NCBI GenBank assembly: GCA_030754595.1
Contig: JASLZZ010000040.1
Location: 1-29,040 of the forward strand
Length of the DNA: 29,040 bases
Source: Nitrospinota bacterium
GTDB lineage: Bacteria; UBA8248
Direction of reading: 5' to 3'
The notes below the pieces were generated by a model that saw nothing but the letters and a program-made list of their open reading frames with translations, had not been told where the DNA came from and did no database searches. Of the stretch, positions 7,596 to 17,010 are shown piece after piece; positions within the stretch are counted from its first letter, which is position 1, and the number at the start of each line of letters is the position of its first letter. The position numbers were made by a program, and so were the translations under genes.

Positions 7596-8723
7596 ATGAA
7601 CGGTAACCCGTCATTCACCAAGCGCCTCGGCGTCAGGATCATCATAAACGCGCGCGCGCGCCTCTCGCGTCTGGGTGGGTCGCTTATGGCGCCGGGGGTG
7701 TGGGAGGCGATGCAGGACGCGGGCCGGGCCTATCTCGACATGGGGGAGCTCCATGAGCGGGCCGGGGAGCGAATCGCCGAGCTCACCCGGAACGAGGCGG
7801 CCTACGTTACGAGTGGCTCGGCGGCCGGGCTCGTACTGACGACAGCGGCCTGCATCACAGGGACCGACCCGGCGAAGATGGACCGCCTGCCCCATATCGA
7901 CGGGCTCAAGGACGAAATCGTTATCCACCGCTTCCAGCGCAACCACTACGACATCAATATTCGCCAGACCGGGGCCCGGCTGGTCGAAATCGGAAATCAA
8001 CGCACAACCCACACCTGGGAGCTCGAAGGAGCCATCGGCGAGCGGACGGCGGCTGTGATGTATTTTCCAGGCAGATACCTGGGCGCCAATATCCTCCCGC
8101 TCGAAAAAATTATCGAGATAGCAAAAGGGCGGGGTGTTCCCGTTATCGTGGACGCCGCCGCCCAACTACCGCCGGCTGAAAACCTATGGGCCTACTCTGA
8201 AATGGGTGCGGACCTGGTGATTTTCAGCGGAGGGAAATCGCTCGCCGGTCCCCAGAACACCGGCCTCATTTTCGGGAGAAAGGACCTTGTTGCCGCCTGC
8301 CGGATGATGGGAAGCCCCTGCTACGCCATCGGACGGCCGATGAAGGTTGGCCGCGAAGACATCGCTGGGCTTATGGCGGCCCTTGAGTACTACCTCAGCG
8401 GGGGCGAGCAGGCGCAGGTGGCCCACTGCGAAAAACTCACGGAATTTCTTCTTGAGCGAATTTCGGGCATCGCCGGTCTTTCCGCCCACCGGCGCTTTCC
8501 CAACGAACTCGGCCAGGCGCTTCCCGAGGTGGTGGCCGAGCTCGATGAGGCTGCCCTCGGTCTCACGCGGGAGGAATTTATCCGGCGCCTCTGGGAGGGC
8601 GACCCGCGCGTCGAGGTGGGCCCCGACGGAGACCGTGGCTTCTATCTCAGTCCCGACCCTCTTCAGGAGGAAGAAGCGGAGATTTTGATAGAGAGAATCA
8701 AGGAGGTGCTCGCCTCCAGGTAA
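7596..8723 (+). CDS. SelA-like PLP-dependent enzyme (DgaE/D-glucosaminate-6-phosphate ammonia-lyase family)
   Basis: IINA..LSRLGGS, EAAYVTSGSAAGL, PVIVDAAAQLPP, PLP-lysine motif FSGGKSLAGPQ and IGRPMKVGRE. Start at ATG 7596 after GAGGGAG. Confidence 0.85.
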   Translation: MNGNPSFTKRLGVRIIINARARLSRLGGSLMAPGVWEAMQDAGRAYLDMGELHERAGERIAELTRNEAAYVTSGSAAGLVLTTAACITGTDPAKMDRLPHIDGLKDEIVIHRFQRNHYDINIRQTGARLVEIGNQRTTHTWELEGAIGERTAAVMYFPGRYLGANILPLEKIIEIAKGRGVPVIVDAAAQLPPAENLWAYSEMGADLVIFSGGKSLAGPQNTGLIFGRKDLVAACRMMGSPCYAIGRPMKVGREDIAGLMAALEYYLSGGEQAQVAHCEKLTEFLLERISGIAGLSAHRRFPNELGQALPEVVAELDEAALGLTREEFIRRLWEGDPRVEVGPDGDRGFYLSPDPLQEEEAEILIERIKEVLASR

Positions 8724-8833
8724 GGCCCAGACCATTCGGGCAGATCGTCGGCTGGACCGCTGGGTTTCTGAACGGTTTTTGATATCATTCAATATTAATA
8801 TAGGCATGTTTTTTTCTCGAAAGGAGGCCAACC

Positions 8834-9094
8834 ATGCCCCGTTCAATCAATTGGATGTCTCAGAGAACGAGAAGCTCTCTTTTAGGCGTGGCGCTCTCCG
8901 TTCTTGTGCTTTTCACCGCTGGATGCTCCGAAGAGGAGAAAAAGCCTGTTGTATCCGCAAACCTATGCCTCACACTTCCGAACGGAATGGTGCTCGGTCC
9001 CTACGATACGGACAAAGAGTGCCAAACAGCCCGGGATAACATGCCCGACGGCAAATGCCATATTTGCAAGAACGCCGAAAAGAAAAATAAATAA
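8834..9094 (+). CDS. Small putative lipoprotein with four extra cysteines
   Basis: AAGGAGG RBS, then a basic N-region, a hydrophobic stretch and the lipobox TAG|C. Confidence 0.7.
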   Translation: MPRSINWMSQRTRSSLLGVALSVLVLFTAGCSEEEKKPVVSANLCLTLPNGMVLGPYDTDKECQTARDNMPDGKCHICKNAEKKNK

Positions 9095-9235
9095 CCGGAT
9101 TTAGGCGGATTTTCGATACCCGGTTTTGCACGGACCACATCATTTTTTCCTTGCCCCAAAGAGAGCGGGTGAATACAATCTATGGGTCTACCCGGACATA
9201 CGACTTAGGCGAGTACCATTAGAAAGGCTGCAAGA

Positions 9236-9967
9236 ATGCCGGTCATGGTCAAAGCGCGAGATGTTCAAAAATTCTATGGGGATTTTCAGGCCTTGTGCGG
9301 GGTATCGATGGATATCCAGGAGGGCGAGGTAGTCGTCATCTGTGGGCCAAGCGGTTCGGGGAAAAGCACTTTCCTCAGGTGCATCAACGGCCTTGAGAGG
9401 ATACAGGGGGGCGACATTGTCGTGGACGGCCTTTCTGTGGCCGACCCCAAAACCAACATGACCGAGCTCCGCTCCGAGGTGGGAATGGTTTTTCAGCAAT
9501 TCAACCTCTACCCTCACATGACGGCCCTTCAAAACATCTCGATTGCCCCTATCAAAGTGCGCGGCTCGAATCGACCCGATGCCGAAAAGGTGGCGCATGA
9601 ACTTCTGGGCAAGGTGGGCATCCCCGAAAAGGCGGACAGCTATCCTTCCGAGCTCTCCGGCGGCCAGCAGCAGCGCGTTGCGATCGCGCGTGCGCTGGCG
9701 ATGAACCCCAAGGTGATGCTCTTCGACGAGGCCACGAGCGCCCTTGACCCGGAAGTCATTCACGAGGTTCTTAACGTCATGCTCGATTTGGCTCGCGACG
9801 GTATGACGATGGCCGTCGTCACGCATGAAATGGGTTTCGCGAAAGAGGTGGCGAATCGGGTGGTCTTCATGGACGAAGGGCTAATCGTCGAGACGGGCGA
9901 CCCGAACGTGTTTTTTTCCAACCCCAAAGAAGAGCGATCCAAGCAATTCCTCGAAAAAATTCTGTAG
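9236..9967 (+). CDS. Polar amino acid ABC transporter ATP-binding protein (GlnQ-like)
   Basis: Walker [10 protein letters not shown], signature [15 protein letters not shown], Walker B MLFDE and VTHEMGFA. Confidence 0.95.
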   Translation: MPVMVKARDVQKFYGDFQALCGVSMDIQEGEVVVICGPSGSGKSTFLRCINGLERIQGGDIVVDGLSVADPKTNMTELRSEVGMVFQQFNLYPHMTALQNISIAPIKVRGSNRPDAEKVAHELLGKVGIPEKADSYPSELSGGQQQRVAIARALAMNPKVMLFDEATSALDPEVIHEVLNVMLDLARDGMTMAVVTHEMGFAKEVANRVVFMDEGLIVETGDPNVFFSNPKEERSKQFLEKIL

Positions 9968-9994
9968 TCCTGCCCCGTTAGAATCGCCTCCGAT

Positions 9995-10675
9995 TTATAC
10001 CGCCGTTGTATCCTCGATGGCGCCGGGCCTTTGCCCGAGGCGGTTGCCCAGCTGTGAAAGCGAGAAACAACAAACGAAATAGACGACGGCGATGAAGGTG
10101 AATACCGCGAACGAGGCGTTTTCGCGGCCGTTTACGATGGTTCCCGCGCGGAAGAACTCGATCACTCCGATGACGAAAGCCAGCGATGTGTTCTTGAACA
10201 GGGCCACCGAGCGGTTCACGATGGCCGGCGCCATGTTGCGCAAGGCCTGGGGGAGCACGATGTAGCGCATCGCCTGGACGTAGGTAAGGCCCGTGGAGTA
10301 GCCCGCCGCCATCTGTCCCCTCGGAACCGAACCGAGCCCGGCCCGGACGATTTCGGCTGCATAGGAGCCGTTATGAATCATCAGGGCCCACATCGCGGCC
10401 CAGAACGGGCTCAAGGCAAAGCCCACGAGGGGCCGGCTCAGGAAGTAAACCCAGACAACGAACATTAGCCCTGGCGTTCCCCGGATCAGTTCCACCACCA
10501 CTGCGGCCGGGCCACGGAGCCACCAGAGCCTAGAAAAACGCATGGAGCCGAAAACGATGGCGAAAATCCAGCACCCCGCCCAACTCAGCGCGAACAATTG
10601 TAGCGTCAGGCCGAATCCCTGAACGAAGAATCCGAAATTCTCGGGTATGACGTGCCACTTCCAAAACGATTCCAA
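9995..10675 (-). CDS. Polar amino acid ABC transporter permease
   Basis: ELIRGTP, AEIVRAG..VPRGQ, IVLPQALR and KNTSL. TTG start after GGAGG. Confidence 0.92.
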   Translation of the reverse strand: MESFWKWHVIPENFGFFVQGFGLTLQLFALSWAGCWIFAIVFGSMRFSRLWWLRGPAAVVVELIRGTPGLMFVVWVYFLSRPLVGFALSPFWAAMWALMIHNGSYAAEIVRAGLGSVPRGQMAAGYSTGLTYVQAMRYIVLPQALRNMAPAIVNRSVALFKNTSLAFVIGVIEFFRAGTIVNGRENASFAVFTFIAVVYFVCCFSLSQLGNRLGQRPGAIEDTTAV

Positions 10676-10700
10676 AGGAATTCTTCCTCCGTGGGCCGGC

Positions 10701-11588
10701 TCAGGTGGCCGAGCGCACCTTCAGGCCGAGCACCCGCTGGCCGCCATAAATCACTCCCACCGTCATCATCGTCAAAAGCAGGAAAAGCAACGTGCCGCTG
10801 GTATAGGCCTCGAATCCGGCGAAGGTCTCTTCTTCGATTTTCTGCGAGTAAAACATCAGGTCGGTGATGGCGATCGTCATCGCCACCGCGGAATTTTTGA
10901 TGATGTTAAGCACCTGGCTCGACATGGGCGGGATGACGATGACCAGCGCCTGGGGCAAGATGATATGCCGCCAGGTCTGGTAGCGCGACAGCCCGGTGGA
11001 GAATGAGGCTTCCCACTGCCCCTTCGGAATCGAGCGAATGCCGGACCGGACCACCTCCCCCATATAGGCGCCGGTATAGAGCGAGAGGCCCAGAATGCAG
11101 GCGAAGATGCTTGGGATCAGTACCAGGGTCCCGAACGGTTCGTTTATGAACACGTTGACGAGCTCCTGGAGGCCGAAATAGGCCCACCACATCTGGACGA
11201 GGAGCGGGATGTTCCGGAAGACTTCCACATAGCAGGTCGAGAAGACGCGGATCCAGCGGATTTCCGTTGTCCGCCCGATCCCGCAAAAAACGCCGAGAGT
11301 CAGACTGATGACGAGCGACCAGGCGAAGATGTACATCGTCATCCCAGCGCCCTTCAGGAGAAACCCCCTGTAGTCCCAGATGACGCCCCAGCGCCACTGA
11401 TATTCGAACTCGGTCTCAAAATCGAAGGGCCACAGGTTGAAGACGAAATACCAAACGGCGAAGACCGCCACGCTCCCCCAGGCGAGGAGGAAGGCCTTGC
11501 GCTCACTGGGCGATTCGAAGGGCTGCCATCGGCGGGCCTTCGCCATGGCGCCGGATACCCAGCCTCGGTTTTCGCCGCTCATGCGCAC
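10701..11588 (-). CDS. Polar amino acid ABC transporter permease
   Basis: YVEVFRNIPLLVQ, GEVVRSGIRSIPKGQWEA, IILPQAL and KNSA. The start may be ATG 11582. Confidence 0.92.
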   Translation of the reverse strand: MRMSGENRGWVSGAMAKARRWQPFESPSERKAFLLAWGSVAVFAVWYFVFNLWPFDFETEFEYQWRWGVIWDYRGFLLKGAGMTMYIFAWSLVISLTLGVFCGIGRTTEIRWIRVFSTCYVEVFRNIPLLVQMWWAYFGLQELVNVFINEPFGTLVLIPSIFACILGLSLYTGAYMGEVVRSGIRSIPKGQWEASFSTGLSRYQTWRHIILPQALVIVIPPMSSQVLNIIKNSAVAMTIAITDLMFYSQKIEEETFAGFEAYTSGTLLFLLLTMMTVGVIYGGQRVLGLKVRSAT

Positions 11589-11603
11589 CTCATCCGCGGC
11601 GTG

Positions 11604-11632
11604 GCGGCCGCCCCCCGTCGGGGAGCGGCCGC
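11604..11632 (-). other. Strong intercistronic hairpin between the binding-protein and permease genes
   Basis: GCGGCCGC-CCCCC...GGGGA-GCGGCCGC with no U tract. Position is typical of hairpins that stabilise binding-protein mRNA. Confidence 0.5.
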
Positions 11633-11669
11633 TTGCCGGTTCATTGCAGCAATTAGATTGAAGCGCAAC

Positions 11670-12473
11670 TTATTTCGGATACCAGGGAAGCGTGAAATCC
11701 GGATCCCGGCCGAACCACTTTCGCCAGATCGCGTGATAGCGCTTGGTCTCCCAGAGCTCGAGGAGAACCTCGTTGACGAAATCGCGCCAGTCGGAATCGT
11801 TTTCCCGAAGACCCATCCCGTAAGGCTCGATGGTGTAGAGCTTGCCCGGAACGACGAGGTCCGGATTGTTCTTCGCCATCCACTGCAGCAGGATGTCGTC
11901 GGTGACCATGGCGTCCACTTTTTTCTGTTTCAGGGCGAGAAGGTTCTCGGTGTGTTCCTGGAAGGGAACGACGGTCGCCTTGGGCTGGACCTTGAGCAAG
12001 TTGGGTCCCGCGTTCCCGCCCTGAACGGCGGCCACGCGCTTGCCGGCGAGCTGGGAGATATGCTTGATGCCCGTATCCTTGCGGGTGATGAATCGCTGGC
12101 CCGTGATGAGATAGTGCATCGAAAAATCGATGACCTTATCGCGAGAGCGCTTATGCGTCATGGTGGCGGCGATGAGATCGACGTTTCCGTTGACAATGAG
12201 CGGAATCCGCGTTTTCGAGAGCGCCTGGACGAACTTGGTCTTAACGCCCAGTTTTTTGGCGATTTCCTTCACCAGGTCAACGTCGAACCCGTCGGGCTTG
12301 CCGGTTTTTTTGTCGATGAAGCCCATCGGCGGGAAATCGAACTTCACCCCCGCGACGAGCACCCCCCGCTTTTTCACCTTTGCTAATGTCGATTCGGCGG
12401 AGTATGAATTCGGCACCGCCAAAAACGCTACGGCTACAACCAAACTGAATAACGCCAACGCAATCCGTTTCAT
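11670..12473 (-). CDS. Polar amino acid ABC transporter substrate-binding protein (SBP family 3)
   Basis: Signal peptide MKRIALAL..., GVKFDFPPMGF, GFDVDL, RIPLIVNGNVDLIAATMT and EPYGMG. Start at ATG 12473 after GGAGGGG. Confidence 0.93.
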   Translation of the reverse strand: MKRIALALFSLVVAVAFLAVPNSYSAESTLAKVKKRGVLVAGVKFDFPPMGFIDKKTGKPDGFDVDLVKEIAKKLGVKTKFVQALSKTRIPLIVNGNVDLIAATMTHKRSRDKVIDFSMHYLITGQRFITRKDTGIKHISQLAGKRVAAVQGGNAGPNLLKVQPKATVVPFQEHTENLLALKQKKVDAMVTDDILLQWMAKNNPDLVVPGKLYTIEPYGMGLRENDSDWRDFVNEVLLELWETKRYHAIWRKWFGRDPDFTLPWYPK

Positions 12474-12582
12474 TGCTCCCCTCCTTAATTTTGGAAAATG
12501 GGACAACACACCGAAACAGCGGGTGAAACCCGAGTATCTCCTCTCTTTTCAAGTCAGCTTCTCATCAAAAGGAATTACGACT

Positions 12583-12612
12583 ACTATTCTAAATAGTGGG
12601 TGTTGTTGTCAA
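12583..12612 (-). promoter_or_regulatory. Candidate promoter (TTGACA at 12612-12607) with an overlapping palindrome ACTATT-N3-AATAGT (12583-12597)
   Basis: Both are visible in the divergent intergenic region. The -10 spacing is ambiguous (15 or 18 bp). Confidence 0.4.
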
Positions 12613-12679
12613 GAGGTTATTTTCTGTCCTTGACGGTCCGGGGATATTCACCCGGAACTGAATCAGGGGGGTATTTTCC

Positions 12680-13654
12680 GTGAACGAATCCATCATGGCT
12701 CCGACGGCCAGGCGGCTTGTCGAAAAGGTGTTGGCCGTTCGGCCTGGGGAGAGGGTGCTCCTTCTCACCGACCCGACCCGGCCCACCTCGATCACACAGG
12801 CGCTCGCCCGCGCCATATCGGCCGCCGGAGGAGAGTTGGCACTCATGTACATGGACCCGGTCACGATGGGCGGCGTCGAGCCACCCGGCCATGTTGCCGC
12901 GGCCATGAAAGCCTCAGAGTGCATCTATCTCCAAGGGAGCTTCGCGGCAACGCACACCGATGCCGTCCGGGAGGCCCTTACAGCCGGAGCGCGTGTGGTG
13001 GACATGTGGGGTTTCGAGGAGGAAATGATGACTGTCGGCGGAGCGGTGGCGGACTACGAAGAGATTGGCGGAATCACCCGAAAGCTTGGAGAGAGGTTGA
13101 ATGCAGCCCGAGAGGGCCGATTTACCACGCCGGATGGATGCGACATGACTTTTTCGCTTGAGGGAAGAGAGTGCGTCGAATTCAACGGAATCGCGGCCGA
13201 GCCGGGTCAGATCACCGCCTGCCCGGATGGTGAGGGAGCGATTGGCCCGGTTGAAGGATCGGCGGAAGGTGTCATGGTCAATCCTGTGTCCGTCGAACAC
13301 GGAGAATTGGGGTTCGTCTCAGAGCCCATGCGGCTTGAAGTATCCGGTGGTTATGTGAAATCGGTGACCGGCAGTCCAACTGCCGAGCGATTCTGGCGAA
13401 TACTTGAGGAAGGTGGAAATGCGGCGTGCAACATTGCAGAATTCGCGGTGGGAACCAACCCCGGATGCCGGAAGAGCGTTACTTTGCGAGAAGCTAAAAC
13501 GGCATGGGGCACTTGTCATATGGCGGTAGGGGACAACAGAACCTTGGGAGGAAGTATTTTTGCTCCGTTGCATGTGGATATGATTTTTCATCATCCCACG
13601 GTGTGGCTGGACGAACAGATCATTGTCCGGGATGGGGAGATCGTTGGCCTCTGA
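12680..13654 (+). CDS. Second peptidase M29/NicX-like metalloenzyme
   Basis: VRPGERVLLLTD, CPDGEGAIGPVEGSAEG, IAEFAVGTNP, GTCHMAVGDN..LGG and HVD. Confidence 0.8.
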   Translation: MNESIMAPTARRLVEKVLAVRPGERVLLLTDPTRPTSITQALARAISAAGGELALMYMDPVTMGGVEPPGHVAAAMKASECIYLQGSFAATHTDAVREALTAGARVVDMWGFEEEMMTVGGAVADYEEIGGITRKLGERLNAAREGRFTTPDGCDMTFSLEGRECVEFNGIAAEPGQITACPDGEGAIGPVEGSAEGVMVNPVSVEHGELGFVSEPMRLEVSGGYVKSVTGSPTAERFWRILEEGGNAACNIAEFAVGTNPGCRKSVTLREAKTAWGTCHMAVGDNRTLGGSIFAPLHVDMIFHHPTVWLDEQIIVRDGEIVGL

Positions 13655-13769
13655 ACCCGAGAAGTGGATAGCAGAATAATTTCTGGATGACCTGATTGTT
13701 TCAAAATCCTTTCCATGGTTCCACTTAATTCGCCATGCACAGGCAATTCATAACTCGGGAATCAAAATA

Positions 13770-14366
13770 TTAAACGCTCACCAGAAAAACCACCCCTGCC
13801 GTAGCGATGAACCCGCCAGCGGCCTCGTGCCAATGCATGCCGGATATGCCCGCCCGGCGTATGACACTTCCCGCCCCTGAACCCGTTACGAGCAGGATCG
13901 ATGTCGCCAGGATAAATCCCACGCTATAAAGCGCGGGCAGAACGGCTTGCGGAATTTCAGCGCCATGAGCGTAACCGTGAAAAACGGCGAAAAAGCCGGC
14001 CATCCCAAAACCGGTCACCACATCCGTATTCCACGACAGCGCAATGACAATACCTACAACAAGAACCGAAAGCGCAATTCCCGCTTCCGCAAAGGGCAGC
14101 GATATTCCGATCATCCCCGCCACGCCGCCTACAAGCGTCATTGTGACAAACAACGCGGGCAGTTTCCAAGCCGTGTCTTTTCCCATCTGCCCGGCCCAGA
14201 GGCCCACTCCCAGCATGACCAGCACATGATCGAGACCGCCGAGGGGGTGAAGGAAACCTGCGCCGAACATCGTGCCATAGGCACCGAAGGTATGCGCTTC
14301 CGATACGCCGGCAAACCCCAGAACAGTCAAAGCCGAAAAAGCCGCGGTACAATATTTTCGAATCAT
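13770..14366 (-). CDS. ureJ: HupE/UreJ nickel/cobalt transporter
   Basis: Signal peptide followed by AH, GFLHPLGGLDHVLVM and FHGYAHGAE. Start at ATG 14366 after GGAGG; alternative 14381. Confidence 0.92.
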   Translation of the reverse strand: MIRKYCTAAFSALTVLGFAGVSEAHTFGAYGTMFGAGFLHPLGGLDHVLVMLGVGLWAGQMGKDTAWKLPALFVTMTLVGGVAGMIGISLPFAEAGIALSVLVVGIVIALSWNTDVVTGFGMAGFFAVFHGYAHGAEIPQAVLPALYSVGFILATSILLVTGSGAGSVIRRAGISGMHWHEAAGGFIATAGVVFLVSV

Positions 14367-14384
14367 TCCTTTCGCCTCCACCGG

Positions 14385-15245
14385 TTAAAATTTTCTTAAA
14401 CGAACCGCCTTTCGGCCCAAAACCGAACGACGTGCAACATTCCAAATCTCATCGAACGCCCACCTGAGTCTGACGGGAGACTCGGCCAGCCAGCGCACCA
14501 TTATCCCGGGGCCTTCAAGACGGCAGGCGCCCCCCGAAACACCTTCCGCGTCCGACATAATTTCCTCCAGTTCCTCGGTTGCCTTGTCCAACACGGAATC
14601 TTTTCCCCCAAGCACAAAAAAAGACCCCAGATAGGGATAGGGCTCGAACAGGCCCAGCGAGCATGGGTCCATCCGATCCGGGCGAATCTCCATGGCATCG
14701 GTTAACAAGGGGGCGCCGTTTAGCCTCGCATCGACACGGAGCGCCACCTCCGTATAATCGAACGATTCACCCATTGCAACTCTGCCCTGATAAATGGTCT
14801 CGCCATAAAGCAAGCGCGCGCCTTCGGCAAGTTCCAGCGCAACCTCCTGTTGGTAATGGGAACCCGCGAACGGAATGATCGGATCCGGAATAAGCTCGAG
14901 CACCGAATCTTTTTCCATTCGGATTCTCGTCCGGGAAACCACCGGCTCGCCCACCGTTCGGTATATTCGGGCCGCTCCCTGCGTAGTGCAGAGAACTTGC
15001 GCCCCCTCGCCCAGGGAAATCTCCGTTTCCAGGAGATCCCCGCCAACCGAGCCGCCTGTCGGGTTAATCAATGTGAGGTGGGCAGGCTCCTCTCCTTCGG
15101 GGTAAAGTGGCCGGATAATCTGGAGAGGAACCCTGAAATAACTGTCTCTGAGAATGGTTCGCCCGCGAGAGCGCTCGAACCGGGCACTCGCGTAGCCATG
15201 CCGGCCGATCTGGGGGGGCTCCAGTGCCGGGGCGACGATGTTCAT
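14385..15245 (-). CDS. ureD: Urease accessory protein UreD
   Basis: [22 protein letters not shown] and [10 protein letters not shown]. Overlaps the ureG stop. Confidence 0.93.
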   Translation of the reverse strand: MNIVAPALEPPQIGRHGYASARFERSRGRTILRDSYFRVPLQIIRPLYPEGEEPAHLTLINPTGGSVGGDLLETEISLGEGAQVLCTTQGAARIYRTVGEPVVSRTRIRMEKDSVLELIPDPIIPFAGSHYQQEVALELAEGARLLYGETIYQGRVAMGESFDYTEVALRVDARLNGAPLLTDAMEIRPDRMDPCSLGLFEPYPYLGSFFVLGGKDSVLDKATEELEEIMSDAEGVSGGACRLEGPGIMVRWLAESPVRLRWAFDEIWNVARRSVLGRKAVRLRKF

Positions 15246-15856
15246 ACTTCCACGAACAGGACTTCGGTTTCGATCCAGTGAATCACCTCGACCAGCCCTT
15301 CCTCTGATTTCAGGTTGGTGAACAGGAAGGGTTTTTCGCCACGCATTTTTTTCGCGTCACGTTCCATCACCTCGAGACTCGCGCCGACCAGCGGCGCCAG
15401 ATCGGTTTTGTTGATCAGCAACAACTCGGATCGCGTGATGCCGGGGCCTCCCTTTCGGGGAATTTTGTCTCCCGCTGACACGTCGATGACATAAATCGAA
15501 GCGTCAACCAACTCGGGGCTGAACGTCGCCGCGAGATTGTCCCCGCCGCTCTCGATGAAAAGAATGTCGAGGGGCGCGTGTTTCCGCATCAGGTGCTCCG
15601 TCGCCTCGCGATTGAGCGAAATATCCTCCCGGATAGCCGTATGCGGGCATCCGCCCGTTTCGACCCCCTCTATCCGATCGGGCGGGAGCGCGCCGCTTCG
15701 CGTGAGGAACTGGGCGTCCTCCTTGGTATAGATATCGTTGGTAACCACGGCGATAGAGTATTTGCCGCGAAGCGACTGGCAGAGCTTGTCCACCAATGCG
15801 GTCTTACCCGAGCCGACGGGACCGCCCACCCCGATCTTTACCGGTTTCCTGGACAT
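15242..15856 (-). CDS. ureG: Urease accessory GTPase UreG
   Basis: [28 protein letters not shown] and NKTD. Confidence 0.98.
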   Translation of the reverse strand: MSRKPVKIGVGGPVGSGKTALVDKLCQSLRGKYSIAVVTNDIYTKEDAQFLTRSGALPPDRIEGVETGGCPHTAIREDISLNREATEHLMRKHAPLDILFIESGGDNLAATFSPELVDASIYVIDVSAGDKIPRKGGPGITRSELLLINKTDLAPLVGASLEVMERDAKKMRGEKPFLFTNLKSEEGLVEVIHWIETEVLFVEV

Positions 15857-15865
15857 ATTTTTCTC

Positions 15866-16555
15866 CTATGACACAAAAAGCCGGGTATATAGCCGTTGGT
15901 GCGCCATCGCCCGTATCTCGTGGCTGGGGCCCAGCGAGCAGGCCGCTTCGAGCGGTCGTACCATCGCCTCATTCACCGCGCCGGAGGCCGCGATTTCGAG
16001 AGAAGCGATCAACCGCTGGCCGTCCGTCTGTCCCAGCGGGATAAGGCGCACTGCGGCAGAGACCAGGCCCGACACAGTCCCGTAGCAATAAGATTCAAGT
16101 GCTTGTTCACGGGAAAAACCCAGCGCCTGGGCCGTCACACCAAAGGAAAGAGGATAGTGGCCGGGAGAGTTTCCGGCCCGCACCTCGCTCTCGTACCGGA
16201 TAAGAAATTCGTTCTCCACGTAGCCCACTGCCGTTCTCAAAAACTGCCTGCCCACGCTTTTGCTCGCATCCCGGAGAGAAGCCACCGGTCTTGCGGCGGA
16301 AAGCGCCATATCGAGCGCCATCAATCCTGCCAGAGCCTCCCTTTCCGAATAATTCCAGGCTTCCCGAAGATACACTCCGTCGAGCGTGGCCACACTGGCG
16401 GAAAGAACATTTTTGATGAACTCGGCCAGTGAATCCGCATCGGAAATTGTTCCTTCTTGAACATAAGTCTCCAGCCCCAGCGAATGAGCGAAAGCCCCGC
16501 GCGGAAAAGCGGAGTCGGAGATTTGCAGCAGACGAAACAGAGATTTGTCAGTCAT
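15866..16555 (-). CDS. ureF: Urease accessory protein UreF
   Basis: LQISDSAFPRGAFAHSLGLE, AAVRLIPLGQ and C-terminal RLFVS. Confidence 0.95.
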   Translation of the reverse strand: MTDKSLFRLLQISDSAFPRGAFAHSLGLETYVQEGTISDADSLAEFIKNVLSASVATLDGVYLREAWNYSEREALAGLMALDMALSAARPVASLRDASKSVGRQFLRTAVGYVENEFLIRYESEVRAGNSPGHYPLSFGVTAQALGFSREQALESYCYGTVSGLVSAAVRLIPLGQTDGQRLIASLEIAASGAVNEAMVRPLEAACSLGPSHEIRAMAHQRLYTRLFVS

Positions 16556-16558
16556 CGG

Positions 16559-17002
16559 TTAGTGGTGGTGAGAGTGAAAAGCGCCGAAACCGTGTGTGAA
16601 GGGTTCGGTGGCCCGCCCGCACCGAACACCCAGCTTCTTGAAATACTCTTCGAAAACACTGTCATACGGCGTCAGCACCCGCTCTTTCTCCACAGCGACC
16701 GGGGCATGCCGGTTCCCGACCTGATAGGCAATTCGGGCAAGCTCCTCCGCCGAATTGGCATATAACACCAGAACATCCTCCGGGATGGTGCTTACCGCCA
16801 CAACTCGCTCGCCATCCTCAAAAAGAACATCACCCTCGGCGAGCGCCTGCCCGGTCGGCAGGGCGATTCCGAACTCGGTTCCGGCGTCGGACTTCACCCG
16901 CTGGCGGTTCCTCAGGCGATCCTCCCAGCCAAGGGCCACCCGTTCCACGCGGCGCGGCTCATCCTCGGCCAGCTTTCCGATAAGCTCTTCAACGACAATC
17001 AT
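16559..17002 (-). CDS. ureE: Urease nickel chaperone UreE
   Basis: GDVL, AYQVGNRH and a short His tail HSHHH. Start moved to ATG 17002, just after the ureC stop. Confidence 0.92.
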   Translation of the reverse strand: MIVVEELIGKLAEDEPRRVERVALGWEDRLRNRQRVKSDAGTEFGIALPTGQALAEGDVLFEDGERVVAVSTIPEDVLVLYANSAEELARIAYQVGNRHAPVAVEKERVLTPYDSVFEEYFKKLGVRCGRATEPFTHGFGAFHSHHH

Positions 17003-17010
17003 GATTTTAC

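Noticed and set aside
7596..8723. True selenocysteine synthase selA
   Set aside because: It is short, its motifs fit the DgaE-like branch, and no selB, selC or selD is nearby.
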